Counted from the stretch's first letter, positions 1 through 12,690 are shown. The stretch is DNA of 64,000 bases from Octopus sinensis (GCF_006345805.1 NC_043005.1:11036001-11100000), one strand, 5' to 3'. Made by a program: numbers and translations. Notes: a model not told the origin generated them from the sequence alone.

Positions 1-260
1 TCAGAACGTAGCGGACGAGACGAAATACCTATTTCTTTACTACGCACAAGGGGCTAAACACAGAGAGGACAAACAAGGACAGACAAACGGATTAAGTTGA
101 TAATATAGACCCCAGTGCGTAACTGGTACTTAATTTATCGACTCCGAAAGGATGAAAGGCAAAGTCGACCTCCGCGGAATTTGAACTCAGAACGTAGTGG
201 CAGACGAAATACCGCTAAGCATTTCGCTCGGCGTGCTAACATTTCAGCCAGCTCGCCGCC
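1..260 (-). mobile_element. tRNA-derived SINE family A (head GGCGGCGAGCTGGCAGAA), multimer running off the window edge
   Basis: Reverse complement of head, B-box (GAGTTCAAATTCC), core GCCTTTCATCCTTTCGGGGTCGATAAATTAAGTACCAG and tail ending AAAGAAATA, followed by a second headless unit. Confidence 0.9.
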
Positions 261-329
261 TTCTTACCACACAGCAACACCTGTACTTTTTTGTTTCACC
301 TATTCTTATTTTAACAAATAGTCGTCTAT

Positions 330-1100
330 TACTTACGCTCAACACCATGATAAGAGGAGATATGTCATTTGTTCACTGGTTAGAGCAAATGACCACCTGT
401 CGGAACCGTTTAGTATTATAATGGAGGCGCAATGGCCCAGTGGTTAGGGCAGCGGACTCGCGGTCATAGGATCGCGGTTTCGATTCCCAGACCGGGCGTT
501 GTGAGTGATTATTGAGCGAAAACACCTAAAAGCTCCACGAGGCTCCGGCAGGGGATGGTGGTGATCCCTGCTGTACTCTTTCACCACAACTTTCTCTCAC
601 TCTTACTTCCTGTTTCTGTTGTACCTGTATTTCAAAGGGCCAGCCTTGTCACACTCTGTGTGTCACGCTGAATCTCCTCGAGAACTACGTTAAGGGTACA
701 GGTGTCTGTGGAGTGCTCAACCACTTACACGTTAATTTCACGAGCAGGCTGTTCCGTTGATTCGGATCAACCGGAACCCTCGTCATCGTAACCGACGGAG
801 TGCTTCCATCCATTATTATAATGAGTCAACGGTGCTGGTCTTCTCCTTTACTGACTCTAGAGCTTCTACTGCAGAAGCTGGAGGTTCCAGAAAAGGTTTT
901 TGCAGGAACTATAATAGGGAAAATTCTTGTTTGCATGACGGCGTCAGTATCAAAGCGTCGGAGATCAAACACATTAAGGAGATCAGCACAGATCTGATGG
1001 AAAACGAGGCAGTGATAGGAGCTTAAATTAGTTATGAGAAGTCATCGTGCCTGTAGCTCACATCCTGTACACCTCATCCAACTGCGTAGTGAGGCGTTAG
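330..1100 (+). pseudogene. Tx1/L1-clade non-LTR retrotransposon RT remnant, interrupted by a SINE
   Basis: After removing SINE 423-808: VRANDHLSEPFSIIMSQRCWSSPLLTLELLLQKLE (degenerate RQGCPLSP motif), a frameshifted FADD-like segment, and EAVIGA*ISYEKS (cf. EAVTGAKINYEKS). Confidence 0.65.
423..808 (+). mobile_element. tRNA-derived SINE family C (head GGAGGCGCAATGGCCCAGTGGTTAGGG)
   Basis: A-box and B-box head; tail CTCGTCATCGTAACCGACGGAGTGC; target-site duplication TATTATAAT at 414-422 and 814-822. Confidence 0.92.
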
Positions 1101-1117
1101 AGTATAGACCGGTTAAA

Positions 1118-1269
1118 TCATCATCATCATCATCATCATTATCATCACCATCACCATCATCACCATCATCATCATCATCATCATCATCATCACCATCACC
1201 ATCATCATCATCATCATCATCATCATCACCATCATCATCACCATCACCATCATCATCATCATCATCACC

Positions 1270-1327
<58 letters not shown>

Positions 1328-1409
1328 CATCATTATCATCACCATCACCATCATCACCATCATCATCATCATCATCATCACCATCACCATCATCACCATC
1401 ATCATCATC

Positions 1410-1441
<32 letters not shown>

Positions 1442-1493
1442 CATCACCATCACCATCATCATCACCATCACCATCATCATCATTACCATCACC

Positions 1494-1524
<31 letters not shown>

Positions 1525-1540
1525 CCATCATCATCATCAC
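1118..1540. repeat. (CAT/CAC)n trinucleotide microsatellite
   Basis: Direct reading; explains the poly-S/H/D/M ORFs. Confidence 0.97.
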
Positions 1541-1954
1541 TATTCTTCTCGTACTTATGATTCATGTTATTGTTAGTTATTTTTGTTTGTTATTGGTGTT
1601 ATTGCTTTTCTTGTTTAGATTACTTCATCTTGTGCCAGCTCTCATCAAACCCTCATCTATGATTAAAGACCTAACATCCTGATAAAATAACAGCGAATAT
1701 ATTTTTAATGCATATAAGAGACTGCTTTACTCAACAAGGCCTGCGTTCCTTTACGGATAGTAGTGTGTGATTTAAGGATTATTTGGTTGATATTGCTAGT
1801 TGATAATTCTTCCTTAAATCGAGAGACTGCGTTAGAGGTGTCTTCTTTGGCTTGCATTGTTGATGCACTTGTAGTTGATGATTTTGTGAGAAGACCTATG
1901 ACCAAAGTTCTATAACCCCTATATATATATTATATATGTGTGTGTATATATATT

Positions 1955-2260
1955 GTTGTATTTAAGAATGATCACTTTGTCAGTTTAGCCAATAAAAACA
2001 CACGCACTATATATTTGGTGTTACTTTGCTTCAGCGTTATTTATTTTTTACATTAATCTTAATCTTATTTCGGCCAGAGTTCTTTCGTCACACTCCTATG
2101 ACCTCATCAGTGGTCCTTTGCTTTCTTCTTTCTTATTTGTGTGTCTCTCCTTACTAACCGTCAGCCATTTTGTATTTTTATTGTATGTGTTTTCATTTGC
2201 ACATGCGTATATCTCTATGTGCGTCTATATGCGTATATATATCCATATATGTATGCGTGT
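1955..2260 (-). mobile_element. Probable Penelope-like element terminal-repeat (pLTR) fragment carrying an HHR
   Basis: Contains the minimal HHR at 2072-2116; non-coding; flanked by microsatellites. Confidence 0.55.
2072..2116 (-). ncRNA. Minimal type I hammerhead ribozyme
   Basis: Minus strand GGACCA-CTGATGA-G-GTCA(TAGGAGTG)TGAC-GAAA-GAAC-TC-TGGCC. Confidence 0.7.
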
Positions 2261-2770
2261 GTCTGTGTATGTATGTATATATGTATGTATGTATGTATGT
2301 ATACATACACACACGGTTCTAGGTGAATTCGTCTAAAACAATTTATCTACAGATAAAACAAGAGAGAGATACAGAGAGAGCTGTTAGCATTAAAGGAACA
2401 CTCATAAACGTCTTTTTTTAATGACAAAATTACCACTTCATGACAATTCGTTTCTCCTAAAGAGAACAATAGATATCAATAACAGCAACTTTCAATTTCA
2501 AAATTCTTAACATTTTTTTTCGAGGCTTTTTTGTAATTCCAACAGAAAACTGGTTAAAATTTCTGTACTCTGAAACCCATACAATGGTTCTTTAATATAT
2601 AGAAACAGAGAAACAACGAAAGAAAAAATGAGTTCATGGTGGTTATTCATGCTATAAAAATAGAGATAATGGGGCCAAGACTAACTGGAAGTATGATAAA
2701 TATCACAAATATTAGTGCTGTGCTCGTGTAACTACGTTAGAGGAAGTAATAACTAATCTTGTAAATGAGT

Positions 2771-3183
2771 GCCGCAGGAGTGGCTGTGTGGTAAGTAGCT
2801 TGCTAACCAACCACATGGTTCCGGGTTCAGTCCCACTGCGTGGCATCTTGGGCAAGTGTCTTCTGCTATAGCCCCGGGCCGATCAATGCCTTGTGAGTGG
2901 ATTTGGTAGACGGAAACTGAAAGAAGCCTGTCGTATATATGTATATATATGTGTGTGTATATGTGTTTGTGTGTCTGTGTTTGTCCCCCTAGCATTGCTT
3001 GACAACCGATGCTGGTGTGTTTACGACCCCGTCACTTAGCGGTTCGGCAAAAGAGACCGATAGAATAAGTACTGGGCTTACAAAGAATAAGTCCTGGGGT
3101 CGATTTGCTCGACTAAAGGCGGTGCTCCAGCATGGCCGCAGTCAAATGACTGAAACAAGTAAAAGAGTAAAGAGAAAAGAGTA
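2771..3183 (+). mobile_element. tRNA-derived SINE family B (head GGCGCAGGAGTGGCTGTGTGGTAAG; CORE-like segment; internal microsatellite)
   Basis: Head, CTTGGGCAAGTGTC segment, internal (TA/TG)n, tail TGACTGAAACAAGTAAAAGAG. Confidence 0.92.
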
Positions 3184-3189
3184 TACAAT

Positions 3190-4265
3190 ATATGCTGCGG
3201 AAGTTGAAGCTACAGAAAATTTTATGTAAATACTGCAGATGGCGAGAACCGCTAATGATACACCACAATCGATAATGTTTAGCAACTTCGAAGGTTGTAG
3301 AGAGGCTCCTGTGTCTAGACTCCCGTTGATGCGAAGTCTTAAAAGGGCAATACAGTTTATAAGGCAACAAAATAATGCAGTTCAAGTCTTACTAAGGACT
3401 TGCAATGAATTAATTTTTCCGGACGAATATACTAAATCCCTTAAATGTGAGGCATTCTTAATATATGATTCGGGTCAAAGTAATAAACGCATGCTAATTT
3501 TTACATTCTACACTTTTGCAGTTTAAGAGAAAAAAGCTTCTGTGCCGCTGGTGTTTGTGTTATTACCCAGCAAATACGAGGAAACTTATGGTTAGCTTTT
3601 ACAAAAACTAAAGAATTTAGAGCCGTTCTGTGCACCTTCAGCTGTAATGATAGACTTCGAAATGCATTCCTTAAGGAATTTCCGAATGTAAAACTCAAGG
3701 GGTGTTTTTTCATTTCTGTCAAAGTGTATTTCGTTCAGTTTAGAGAAATGGTCTCCAGAGATAATACGAAACAAATTATGAATTTGCTTTGAGGCTTCGG
3801 ACGCTGTCAGCCATAGCATTTGTTCCAGCTGAAAAAGTGATCGAGACATTTGAGACATCATGCGATAATAATATCTTTCCTGATGAACCTCAAAGATGTA
3901 ATAGATTATTTTGAGGACACATGGATTGGCTGTCCTGGACGGAGAAATATGAGAAAACCTACTATCTTTGCTCATGAAATGTGGAATGTTTATGATGAGG
4001 CTTTGCAAAACTTACCAAGAACAAATAATGCAGTAGAAGGATGATATAAGGCTTTCGGGGTCCAAGTTGTTGCTCATCATCCAAATATATGGAAGTTCAT
4101 TGATTGTCTCAAGAAGGAGCAAAATTTTAATGATGCTCAAATAGAACAGTATCTTTTTAGGAGGGACCCTGAAACTACAAAAAAGGGCTACAGCGATACT
4201 GCTAAAGGTTTGGAATGACTACTGGAAAATTTCAGCAGTACAAATATCTATGATTATATTCGTTG
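3190..4265 (+). pseudogene. Mutator-like (MULE) transposase remnant
   Basis: FLIYDSGQSNKRMLIF, VPLVFVLLPSK, VMIDFE, IDYFEDTWIG, MWNVYDEALQNLPRTNNAVEG, HHPNIWKFIDCLKKEQ; contains stops and frameshifts. Confidence 0.85.
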
Positions 4266-4275
4266 AATAGCACAT

Positions 4276-4684
4276 ACTCTTTTACTCTTTTACTTGTTTC
4301 AGTCATTTGACTGCGGCCATGTTGGAGCACCGCCTTTAATCGAGCAACTCGACCCCGGGACTTATTCTTTTGCAAGCCCAGTACTTATTCTATCGGATCT
4401 CTTTTGCCGAACCGCTAAGTAACGGGGACATAAACACACCAGCATCGGCTGTGAAGCAATGCTAGGGGGACAAACACAGACACACAAACACACACACGCA
4501 TATATATATATACATATATACGACAGGCTTCTTTCAGTTTCCGTCTACCAAATCCACTCACAAGGCTTTGGTCGGCCCGAGGCTATAGTAGAAGACACTT
4601 GCCCAAGGTGCCATGCAGTGAGACTGAACCCGGAACCATGTGGTTGGTAGACAAGCTACTTACCACACATCCACTCCTGCGCCT
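4276..4684 (-). mobile_element. SINE family B
   Basis: Reverse complement of family B head, body and tail. Confidence 0.92.
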
Positions 4685-5019
4685 ATAACTTTTTTTAATT
4701 CTGTTTTTTTTTTTAATAAAATGTTTTACATTTCTTTTTTGTTTTGTATGTTTTTTAGCTTCGACCGTAATCTTATTGTGCCTTTTTTAAATGAGGAATT
4801 GTAACTAATTGCAAAATCTCTTTTTTTTTCTTCTCTTTTTTACCTTTTTGTTAGATAGCCTTCAATTTCTTTAAAAATTTCAACATCTCCAAACATCTAA
4901 GCAGTTATCTCTAAAATAAATTTTACTTGCTTTATTTTACACGTTTTATAACCTTGTAGATGAATCAGTAGAGAAATTGGTGTAGATGAATTGTCGTAGA
5001 CAAATTCGCCGGATACACA

Positions 5020-5475
<456 letters not shown>

Positions 5476-5660
5476 ATAAATGTGTATTGGTGTCTGTCTG
5501 TCTGTGTGTTTGGGGTTACTCCCACTCCTCCCACACCGTCCAACCGATTTTAATGATTTTTGGTACATAAGTAGACTACATGCCCTGAAGTTCAAATGCG
5601 ATAATGCTCAGTTGGCATCGATTTTTGTGAGCTTAATCGGGCGTTTGAATGGAAATATAT

Positions 5661-6058
5661 ACTCTTTTACTCTTTTACTTGTTTCAGTCATTTGACTGCG
5701 GCCATGCTGGAGCACTGCCTTTAGTCGAGCAAATCGACCCCAGGACTTATTCTTTGTAAGCCTAGTACTTATTCTATCGGATCTCTTTTGTCGAACCGCT
5801 AAGTTACGGGGACGTAAACACACTACCATCGGTTGTCAAGTGATGTTGGGGGGATAAACTCAGACACACAAACATACACACACATACACATATATATATA
5901 AACATATATACGACGGGCTTCTTTCAGTTTCCGTCAACCAAATCCACTCACAAGGCTTTGGTCGGCCTGAGGCTATAGTAGAAGACACTCGCCCAAGGTG
6001 CCACGCAGTGGGACTGAACCCAGAACCATGTGGCTGGTAAGCAAGCTACTTACCACAC
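5661..6058 (-). mobile_element. SINE family B
   Basis: Reverse complement of family B. Confidence 0.9.
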
Positions 6059-6229
6059 GGAACTATCTTTGGGACTATATGGTGTGATTTGAAGGATATT
6101 CTACTGCTATTTCTTACAGGTAGAGTGATTGTTAATGAACTCTGATTTTTCCTTTCTTTTTGTTTTTTAGCCATACTGATAATTGTTTTTTGACTTTGTA
6201 GAGTTAGACCAAATCTCCGTGAAAACTTC

Positions 6230-6870
6230 ACATCCTGCTGCCTTAAAAATGGAAGATACATTGAACAACGTATTTTTAATACAACAGAAAAGATCGTAAT
6301 AGGTTTTCTCAGCCAGGACTAACTGAGAGCTAAGCATTAGTTTTAAGGTATCAAATATATGACTATATGGACTGAAAACCTTCTTTGAACTCCAAAAGAC
6401 CTAATGAAATGCTAATTATACTTTTTATGGTTAAGTCAAAGAATGAAAGTAAACTTACATAACATTTGGCAATGTCCTCGTAACTATTACAACAAAGGGA
6501 CGAGTTTTGCTCGAACTTGAAATCTAGTCTAAAATCTTGCAATATAGCTGAAAATGGTAACAAATTAGGTCTATCACTCAAGAACAGCTATATTTTCACC
6601 AGGCACGCTGACGTACAATCACCACTAATTTTCTAGACGTAATACTGATATAATTAGTTTTATCTGTTGACAGTTATGGAGGAGAAAAAGTATACAAAAA
6701 GCAATTTGGAGCTGAAAAGTTTGGTTGTGGCGAAATATTTCATTGATATGTTTCAGCATAAGATTGACATATGAAGATGCGTGGGTCAATAACTGCCAGA
6801 AATATTCCTGCATCTTCAAATATTCATAATGTCTTCAAGAGGTTCTGACAAGAAGCATTAAGTTTGGTCG
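6230..6870 (+). pseudogene. Possible highly decayed hAT-type transposase remnant
   Basis: Frameshifted segments resembling VNKIRS-SLKN-IF and YFIDMFQH; many stops. Confidence 0.25.
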
Positions 6871-7361
6871 TGATGAGAAATATTTTCAACCATGAAAGAT
6901 GAGTAGAAAGTTTCGTTTTTCTTTTTCTCGTTTTCTTTCTTACAATTTTGCTTCTTCCAATTTATTTTTCCTTTTTTTTTCCATTTACAAACCATATCCA
7001 GAAATTGTCCATCGGTACACCAATGAAAAAGGTAACGAAGGAAAAAAAAAAAATTCGTATTAATATATTCCTCGTGGAAAATGTTTCTAGAATGAAAGGA
7101 ACCATAGAGAAGAAGAAGAAGAAGAAGAAGAAGAAGAAAAAAGAGGAAATTTTGTAAAAGATCAAAAACAGAAAAAGAAGAAAAAAGGAGAATATTATTA
7201 AAATATAATTTACATTGTATTTGCCTAAAGAAAAACATGAATAATTACAATATATGATGAAGGGCAAAACGTAAAATATTGAAACATAACAAAAGGGTAA
7301 TGAATACAACTAGAGAAGCAGTCGTTATGATATAACTATTACAACAACAACAACAACAACA

Positions 7362-7423
<62 letters not shown>

Positions 7424-7553
7424 GCTACTACTACTACTACTACTACCTTAGCAGCACAGACATTACTAACATATTATATATTTCTGGAGATAGGATCAAA
7501 TGTATTATTTATCTTTCTTTCGTTATAGAGGCTTCGTTATCAGGATTAACACA

Positions 7554-7627
<74 letters not shown>

Positions 7628-7848
7628 TGTGTGTATGTGTGAATAAATATATATATATATATATATATGCTTGTGTGTGTATGTATATATAAATATGTGT
7701 ATGTGTGTGTGCGCGTGGGTGCGTCTGTATTATATCAAATTCGACGGTCTATTTTAAGTTTCACCCTTGTGACTAAATATATGTTTATAAATATAAATCA
7801 GTGTATGTGTGTATACCAATATATATACGTACGTGTACATTTAAGTAC

Positions 7849-7921
<73 letters not shown>

Positions 7922-7924
7922 CAA

Positions 7925-8132
7925 GGCGGTGAGCTGACAAAATCGTTAGCACGCCGCAGGCGAAATGCTTAACGGTATGTCGTCTGTCGCTACGCTCTGA
8001 TCTCAAATTCCGCTGAGGTTGACCTTGCCTTTCCTCCTTTCGGATCTCAGTTGAGCATTAGTTGGGTATTGGAGTCGATGTAATCGAATAGCTCCCTCAC
8101 CCAAATCCAGGCATTTTGCCTATAGTAGAGAG
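7925..8132 (+). mobile_element. SINE family A (second tail type), between (TTA)n tracts
   Basis: Degenerate head, B-box and core. Confidence 0.8.
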
Positions 8133-8148
8133 GATTATTATTATTATT

Positions 8149-8705
8149 GAGTGAGAGAGCAGCACATGCCATCAAAGTAACACTGGGGTAAAATATACGA
8201 AGCTCCGTATACCCATCATGACTACCCGTCTGATAAGGGTACACCAGGCACATGCATCACAACCATATGTGCGCGACATGGTGATCTCATATCAAGATTA
8301 AGAGTGCATGACCTTGCAGGTGGGGCACAGTTAGAATTTTCTTCTGGTCGAGTAGCCCATCCTACTCAAAAGGTCCCTGAATAAAGGTTGTTTAAAGATG
8401 TTGAACGAAACACCCACGTTTCCTAAGGTGAATTATCTAAACCCCAAAGAATTCCTTTCAACACATGGCTCTGACGCTGCCCCACTACTTCTGCTCGTGA
8501 TCAGAGATGCACATATCGTCAGCCAGTAAGAGACATACTCAACTGGTTAAGGTCAAGCAACTGATAAGCAAATCTGTGGTATTGAGCAGAATATTTGCTG
8601 TAGCCCATCTTTTATACCAAGACAAAGCACTGTACATGATAACACTTCCAATCAGTTAAGATCAAAAGCCATGAGAGCCACTGTCTGGTATTGCATCAGG
8701 GCATT
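8149..8705 (-). mobile_element. About 550-bp non-coding element 'T' with (AAT)n tail
   Basis: Reverse complement of 24294-24840; flanked on both sides by (TTA)n. Confidence 0.8.
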
Positions 8706-9169
8706 TATTATTATTATTATTGTTGTTGTTGTTGTTACTTCGATTCAGTGAAATTATTCTTTCAATTAGAATACAACCCCATTACTAATGTTATACAAAT
8801 AAAAACAGCCTTCAAGCGAGATCACTCCTATAATATCAACATTTCCAGATTTTTCGGGGGAAATATACCATGAAGAATGGATATTATTCTTAAAGCCTGC
8901 TTTTGAAAGCAACTGACGTTTTGATTTTGAAATAAACTCATCATCGAAATATATCCAGCTCAAATGGCAAGATTCAGAGTTTGTAAATATCCTCTCCGAT
9001 GGCAAGAATTCTCCTCAAACCGGAAATATGATCTGAATTCTTACAACAGAAGAGACTCCTCTAAAGATGCCCAAAGCGCCAGGTGGGGGAATTAGAGTTA
9101 AAAACTTAAAGAAAAGGAAAATTATGCAAGGTTGTAAACGATGTTGGTTAAAAGCTGCGTTAATCCACT

Positions 9170-10790
9170 CGGTTATGTGTTGGTATATATTTACTCTCTT
9201 TCAGAAGATTTATTGCGAGTAATGAGTATGTGATGTTTCTCAGTTGGACTTAATCCACATGTTTCTATACGTATGGAAAATATTGTATGGTTTACTTCTT
9301 TTGAGGATCTTCCATTGCATTTCCAGAAATAATTTGATAATTTTGTTACATTTGTCTTTCCTACGTTGCCGAAATGAAAAGTATGTTTGAAATATATTTA
9401 TATGAACTTCATTCCAATCATACTGTATAAGACTTAGTCAAGATATTTAGATTTGGCGAAGTGGAAGTTACTGAGTGCTTGTATCAGACACGTCTGCTAA
9501 AAAGTTATATATATATATAGAGAGAGACGAGATCACAAATCCCTGAAATGGTAAACCAGTGATTCCCAACGTGGGGCATGTGCACCATCGGTGAGCCCTT
9601 GGATAATGGTGGTGGTGCGTGAAGCTGTAGTTGCCAGACACAAGGTTCTCGTTAAAGTGATTCCCTTTTTTCTTAAGCAGTGATGTACTTCTTTTTGTAA
9701 AAGAGTCACCAGTAGATTCTTTTGTATTAAAATATTGTGATAGAATATTAAAAATAAAGTTGTTGTTTTTTCCCAACCAACCACCTGTGGGGTATGGATT
9801 TTTCTGGAAAGTTATTGTGGTGCCAATGAGAAAATAGGTTAGGAAACACTGTGATAAACGATCTCTATTTCTTTACTACCCACAAGGGGCTAAACACAGA
9901 GGGGACAAACAGGAGAGACAAACGGATTAAGTCGATTATATCGACCCCAGTGCATAACTGGTACTTATTTAATCGACCCCGAAAGGATGAAAGGTTAAGT
10001 CGAATTCGGCGGAATTTGAACCAAGACATCATTTTTTATCGGACAGCAGTTGTCTTACAAAGCATATTGATATCCATATCATTGTGATCTTTGAGTTTTA
10101 CGCCTTACCTAAGCCTAGGATGCTAGTAAACAGTATAGACTTCGAAATAAATACAAAAGAGCGACAATATCAATTTGAATATATTCAGAATAATCTTTAA
10201 TGTTAATAATTTAATACCAGTTGTCGATACACTTCCATTATTTTAACGTAGGAGATTTATCTATCTTCGTAATATTAATTATCATTCAGGTTTTCCTGAA
10301 TAAGCATTAATATTATTTATTGATTAATACGATCACAGCTTTGTATTGTTGATTAATCTGTATTCAGGATTAATAGCAAAATCCTCTTTATGATCTTTGT
10401 GATATACTCTATGTACTTAGTTAACAACTCTATTGCATTGTCCAGTTTATGTGTATTTAGCTATATAAATTTCCATTTCATTACTTACGTTATTAAAAGT
10501 ATCTGACTGAGAGTTGAAACAATTTTGCGCGATGTTCCTTATGAAAGTTGATAATATGAGTTCTTGTCTACTTCATAAACATTTCTGGCTTTATTTGAGA
10601 AAAGAAATGCTTTATTTTTTAAATTCTAAATTTTTGTAATATCAGATTTAAGTTCACCATAGAAGGTATTGGTGTACTAACGAAATTTAATGTTGTAGAT
10701 CATATCTGCAAGGCCAGATTCCAATGATTCTAAATCTTTCATTCTTGTAGGGCAGTTGTATGTTATTATACAGATGTTATATATAGGCGA
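9170..10790 (-). pseudogene. Penelope-like element RT plus GIY-YIG remnant (internally deleted, SINE-interrupted)
   Basis: Frameshifted motifs IYNIKFR, ARNVYEVDKNSY, KDHKEDFAINPEYRLINNTK, YIQIDIV, then KTNVTKLSNYFWK, QWKILKRSKPYN, TCGLSPTEKHHIL. Confidence 0.75.
9866..10022 (-). mobile_element. SINE family A, partial
   Basis: Core and tail type 1. Confidence 0.85.
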
Positions 10791-10819
10791 GTCATTGACT
10801 TCTGAGCACACAGATAGCA

Positions 10820-11240
10820 TATGATAGCCGATACCCGTGGATGTAAGACCCCAAACTGCTGCCTTCTCAACGACGACTGTCTCGAGAAAGAGCTCATACA
10901 AGGCCAAGAACACAGACCCCAATGGAGTAGCAAAGACGTAGAGCAGGGTGACGGGCAACTCGTTCAAGGACAGGTACACACAGTACCTGGAGTCATTCAG
11001 AGACAAAAAAATGCAACACTCCTGTCAAACATGATTTGGAAATCGAAAGAAGGTAGAATAATCAAGCCTCAGATAGAATGGAAGATTATTGTTAAAGCCA
11101 AAAAGGCACAGAGGACGGGGTAACCAGATGTGAACTCTGCATTACTGAAAAACTAAACATTATACAATCAACAGATGGCATCCTAACTATTAGGGATGAA
11201 TCCTTCTCTCCCTGCATACACAAGCAATATTTTACACACA
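10820..11240 (+). pseudogene. Penelope-like GIY-YIG endonuclease remnant
   Basis: GCKTPNCCLLNDDCLEKELI/YKAKNT...VTGNSFKDRYTQYLESFRDKK/NATLLSNMIWKSKE...EWKII.../RCELCITEKLNII, across frameshifts. Confidence 0.8.
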
Positions 11241-11689
11241 AATATTTCAAAGAAGAGCCAGCTGCGGCGGTAATACCACTAGGATAACCCCTTTCCTGAA
11301 CGCGAAATCTGAACACATATCGCACACAAACCCCTCTCACAGGAGAAATGTGCCCCAATGACGAAGTACCTCAGTACACAATTATAAGAACACCACACCC
11401 AGAACAAAAACAAAATAATGCAAATAAATTGACCACAACAGTTTGCCCAAAAGACAAATCCAAGGGAGACGAACACTCAAATTATGTTACCCAAGAGTAA
11501 CGTCCATGCTTTATTGTTTTATTCACGAGAATTCACGAGAATCTCCGCGAACTAAACGAGACTGTGTTTTCCAAAATGGAGGCGAACACCTTTCTCCATG
11601 TGATCGGCTTGAAAAATTGTTAAAATACTAGGATACTTTCCTACCTTTTTTTAACATGAAACCAATGGTAGCCTTAATTCACAAATAAA

Positions 11690-12130
11690 GAAATTATATC
11701 CGCCAATGCGGTGATGAGTACTCATTTTCATCGTTCGACATTTACGTGTGTATATATTAGAGAAGGAGAGAGTGTGAGAAAGAGAGAAAAGAAGAAAGAA
11801 AGAAAGAAAGAAAAAGAAAGAGAGAGGGAGAGGGAGATGTATGTATATAGGGAGAGTTTACGAAATAAACAAAAGACGAAGACAGGTGGTGTACAAAACA
11901 AACAGATGTATTAGTATAGCGCTCAGGAATAGAAAAAGTCTTTTACGTTTCGAGCCTACGCTCTTCTACAGAAAGGAACACAGAAAAAACAAGGAGAGAA
12001 TAAAATGTGTGTAGTGGCAAACGATCTATCATGGCGAGATGTATGTATGCCCGTATATACAAAAATACGTCACGTGTTTATATTGAACACCTCTCCACCT
12101 CACAGTTTCAGTTCGATTTTACTGCGTAAG
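11690..12130 (-). mobile_element. Probable Penelope-like pLTR fragment (same family as 27490-27695 and 51590-51715)
   Basis: Shares TACACCACCTGTCTTCGTC and the HHR-like motif with the other copies. Confidence 0.6.
11940..11975 (-). ncRNA. Minimal hammerhead-like motif with variant core CUGUAGA
   Basis: CTTT-CTGTAGA-A-GAGC(GTAG)GCTC-GAAA-CG-TA-AAAG. Confidence 0.55.
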
Positions 12131-12574
12131 TTTAGATTTATGACAGGTTTGGACGCTACAGTTAATCAAGCGACCGAATGCCGGCTCCCTTGTTTAATAA
12201 TGACGTAACAGATATCTAGACATCTCCAAACATAAAATGATTTAAATATCAGCAATGATAGGAGCGGACGACAGTATCAAATCAGTAATGAAGCACATTA
12301 TATTATGATATATATATATATATATATTTAGGATATCCGATAAAAATAAATATCAGTAAACTAATTACTGATTATTCTTCAGGAAATTTACGTCTAATCA
12401 TACAGAAAAAGTCTACGAAGGTATTTATCGTTATTTGCAGGATGCTGAAGTAATTTAGATATCTAATTTTTACTATTTCTGTTTTTGTACACAGTTTATA
12501 TATATTGTTCAGTTGCTTCCTCTTTTAATTTCCTGATGGCGAAGGATACAAGGAAAGGCCTATATGCAGCGGAT

Positions 12575-12656
12575 AATACATACATACATACATACATACA
12601 TACATACATACATACATACATACATACATACATGCATGCATGCATACAGACATACA

Positions 12657-12690
<34 letters not shown>

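Noticed and set aside
423-500. tRNA-like sequences at SINE heads (also 17166, 21565, 30264)
   Set aside because: They continue into SINE bodies with TSDs and lack a full cloverleaf, so they are not called tRNA genes.
1034-1576. Long poly-Ser/His ORF and the many [12 protein letters not shown], poly-D/M ORFs
   Set aside because: Translations of microsatellites, which lack stops in some frames; no coding evidence.
1640-1910. Minus-strand ORF with SRFKEE, possibly a GIY-YIG tail
   Set aside because: Similarity too weak to support by eye.
8905-8950. Possible decayed HHR downstream of the minus-strand PLE (ATGATGA...AAAACGTC)
   Set aside because: Needs two core substitutions and has weak stems; could arise by chance in AT-rich DNA.
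11560-11630. Similar peptides HLSPCDRLEKLL (plus strand, here) and HLPRLDRVEKLL (minus strand, about 28340-28400)
   Set aside because: Short, on opposite strands, without convincing splice sites; probably coincidental.
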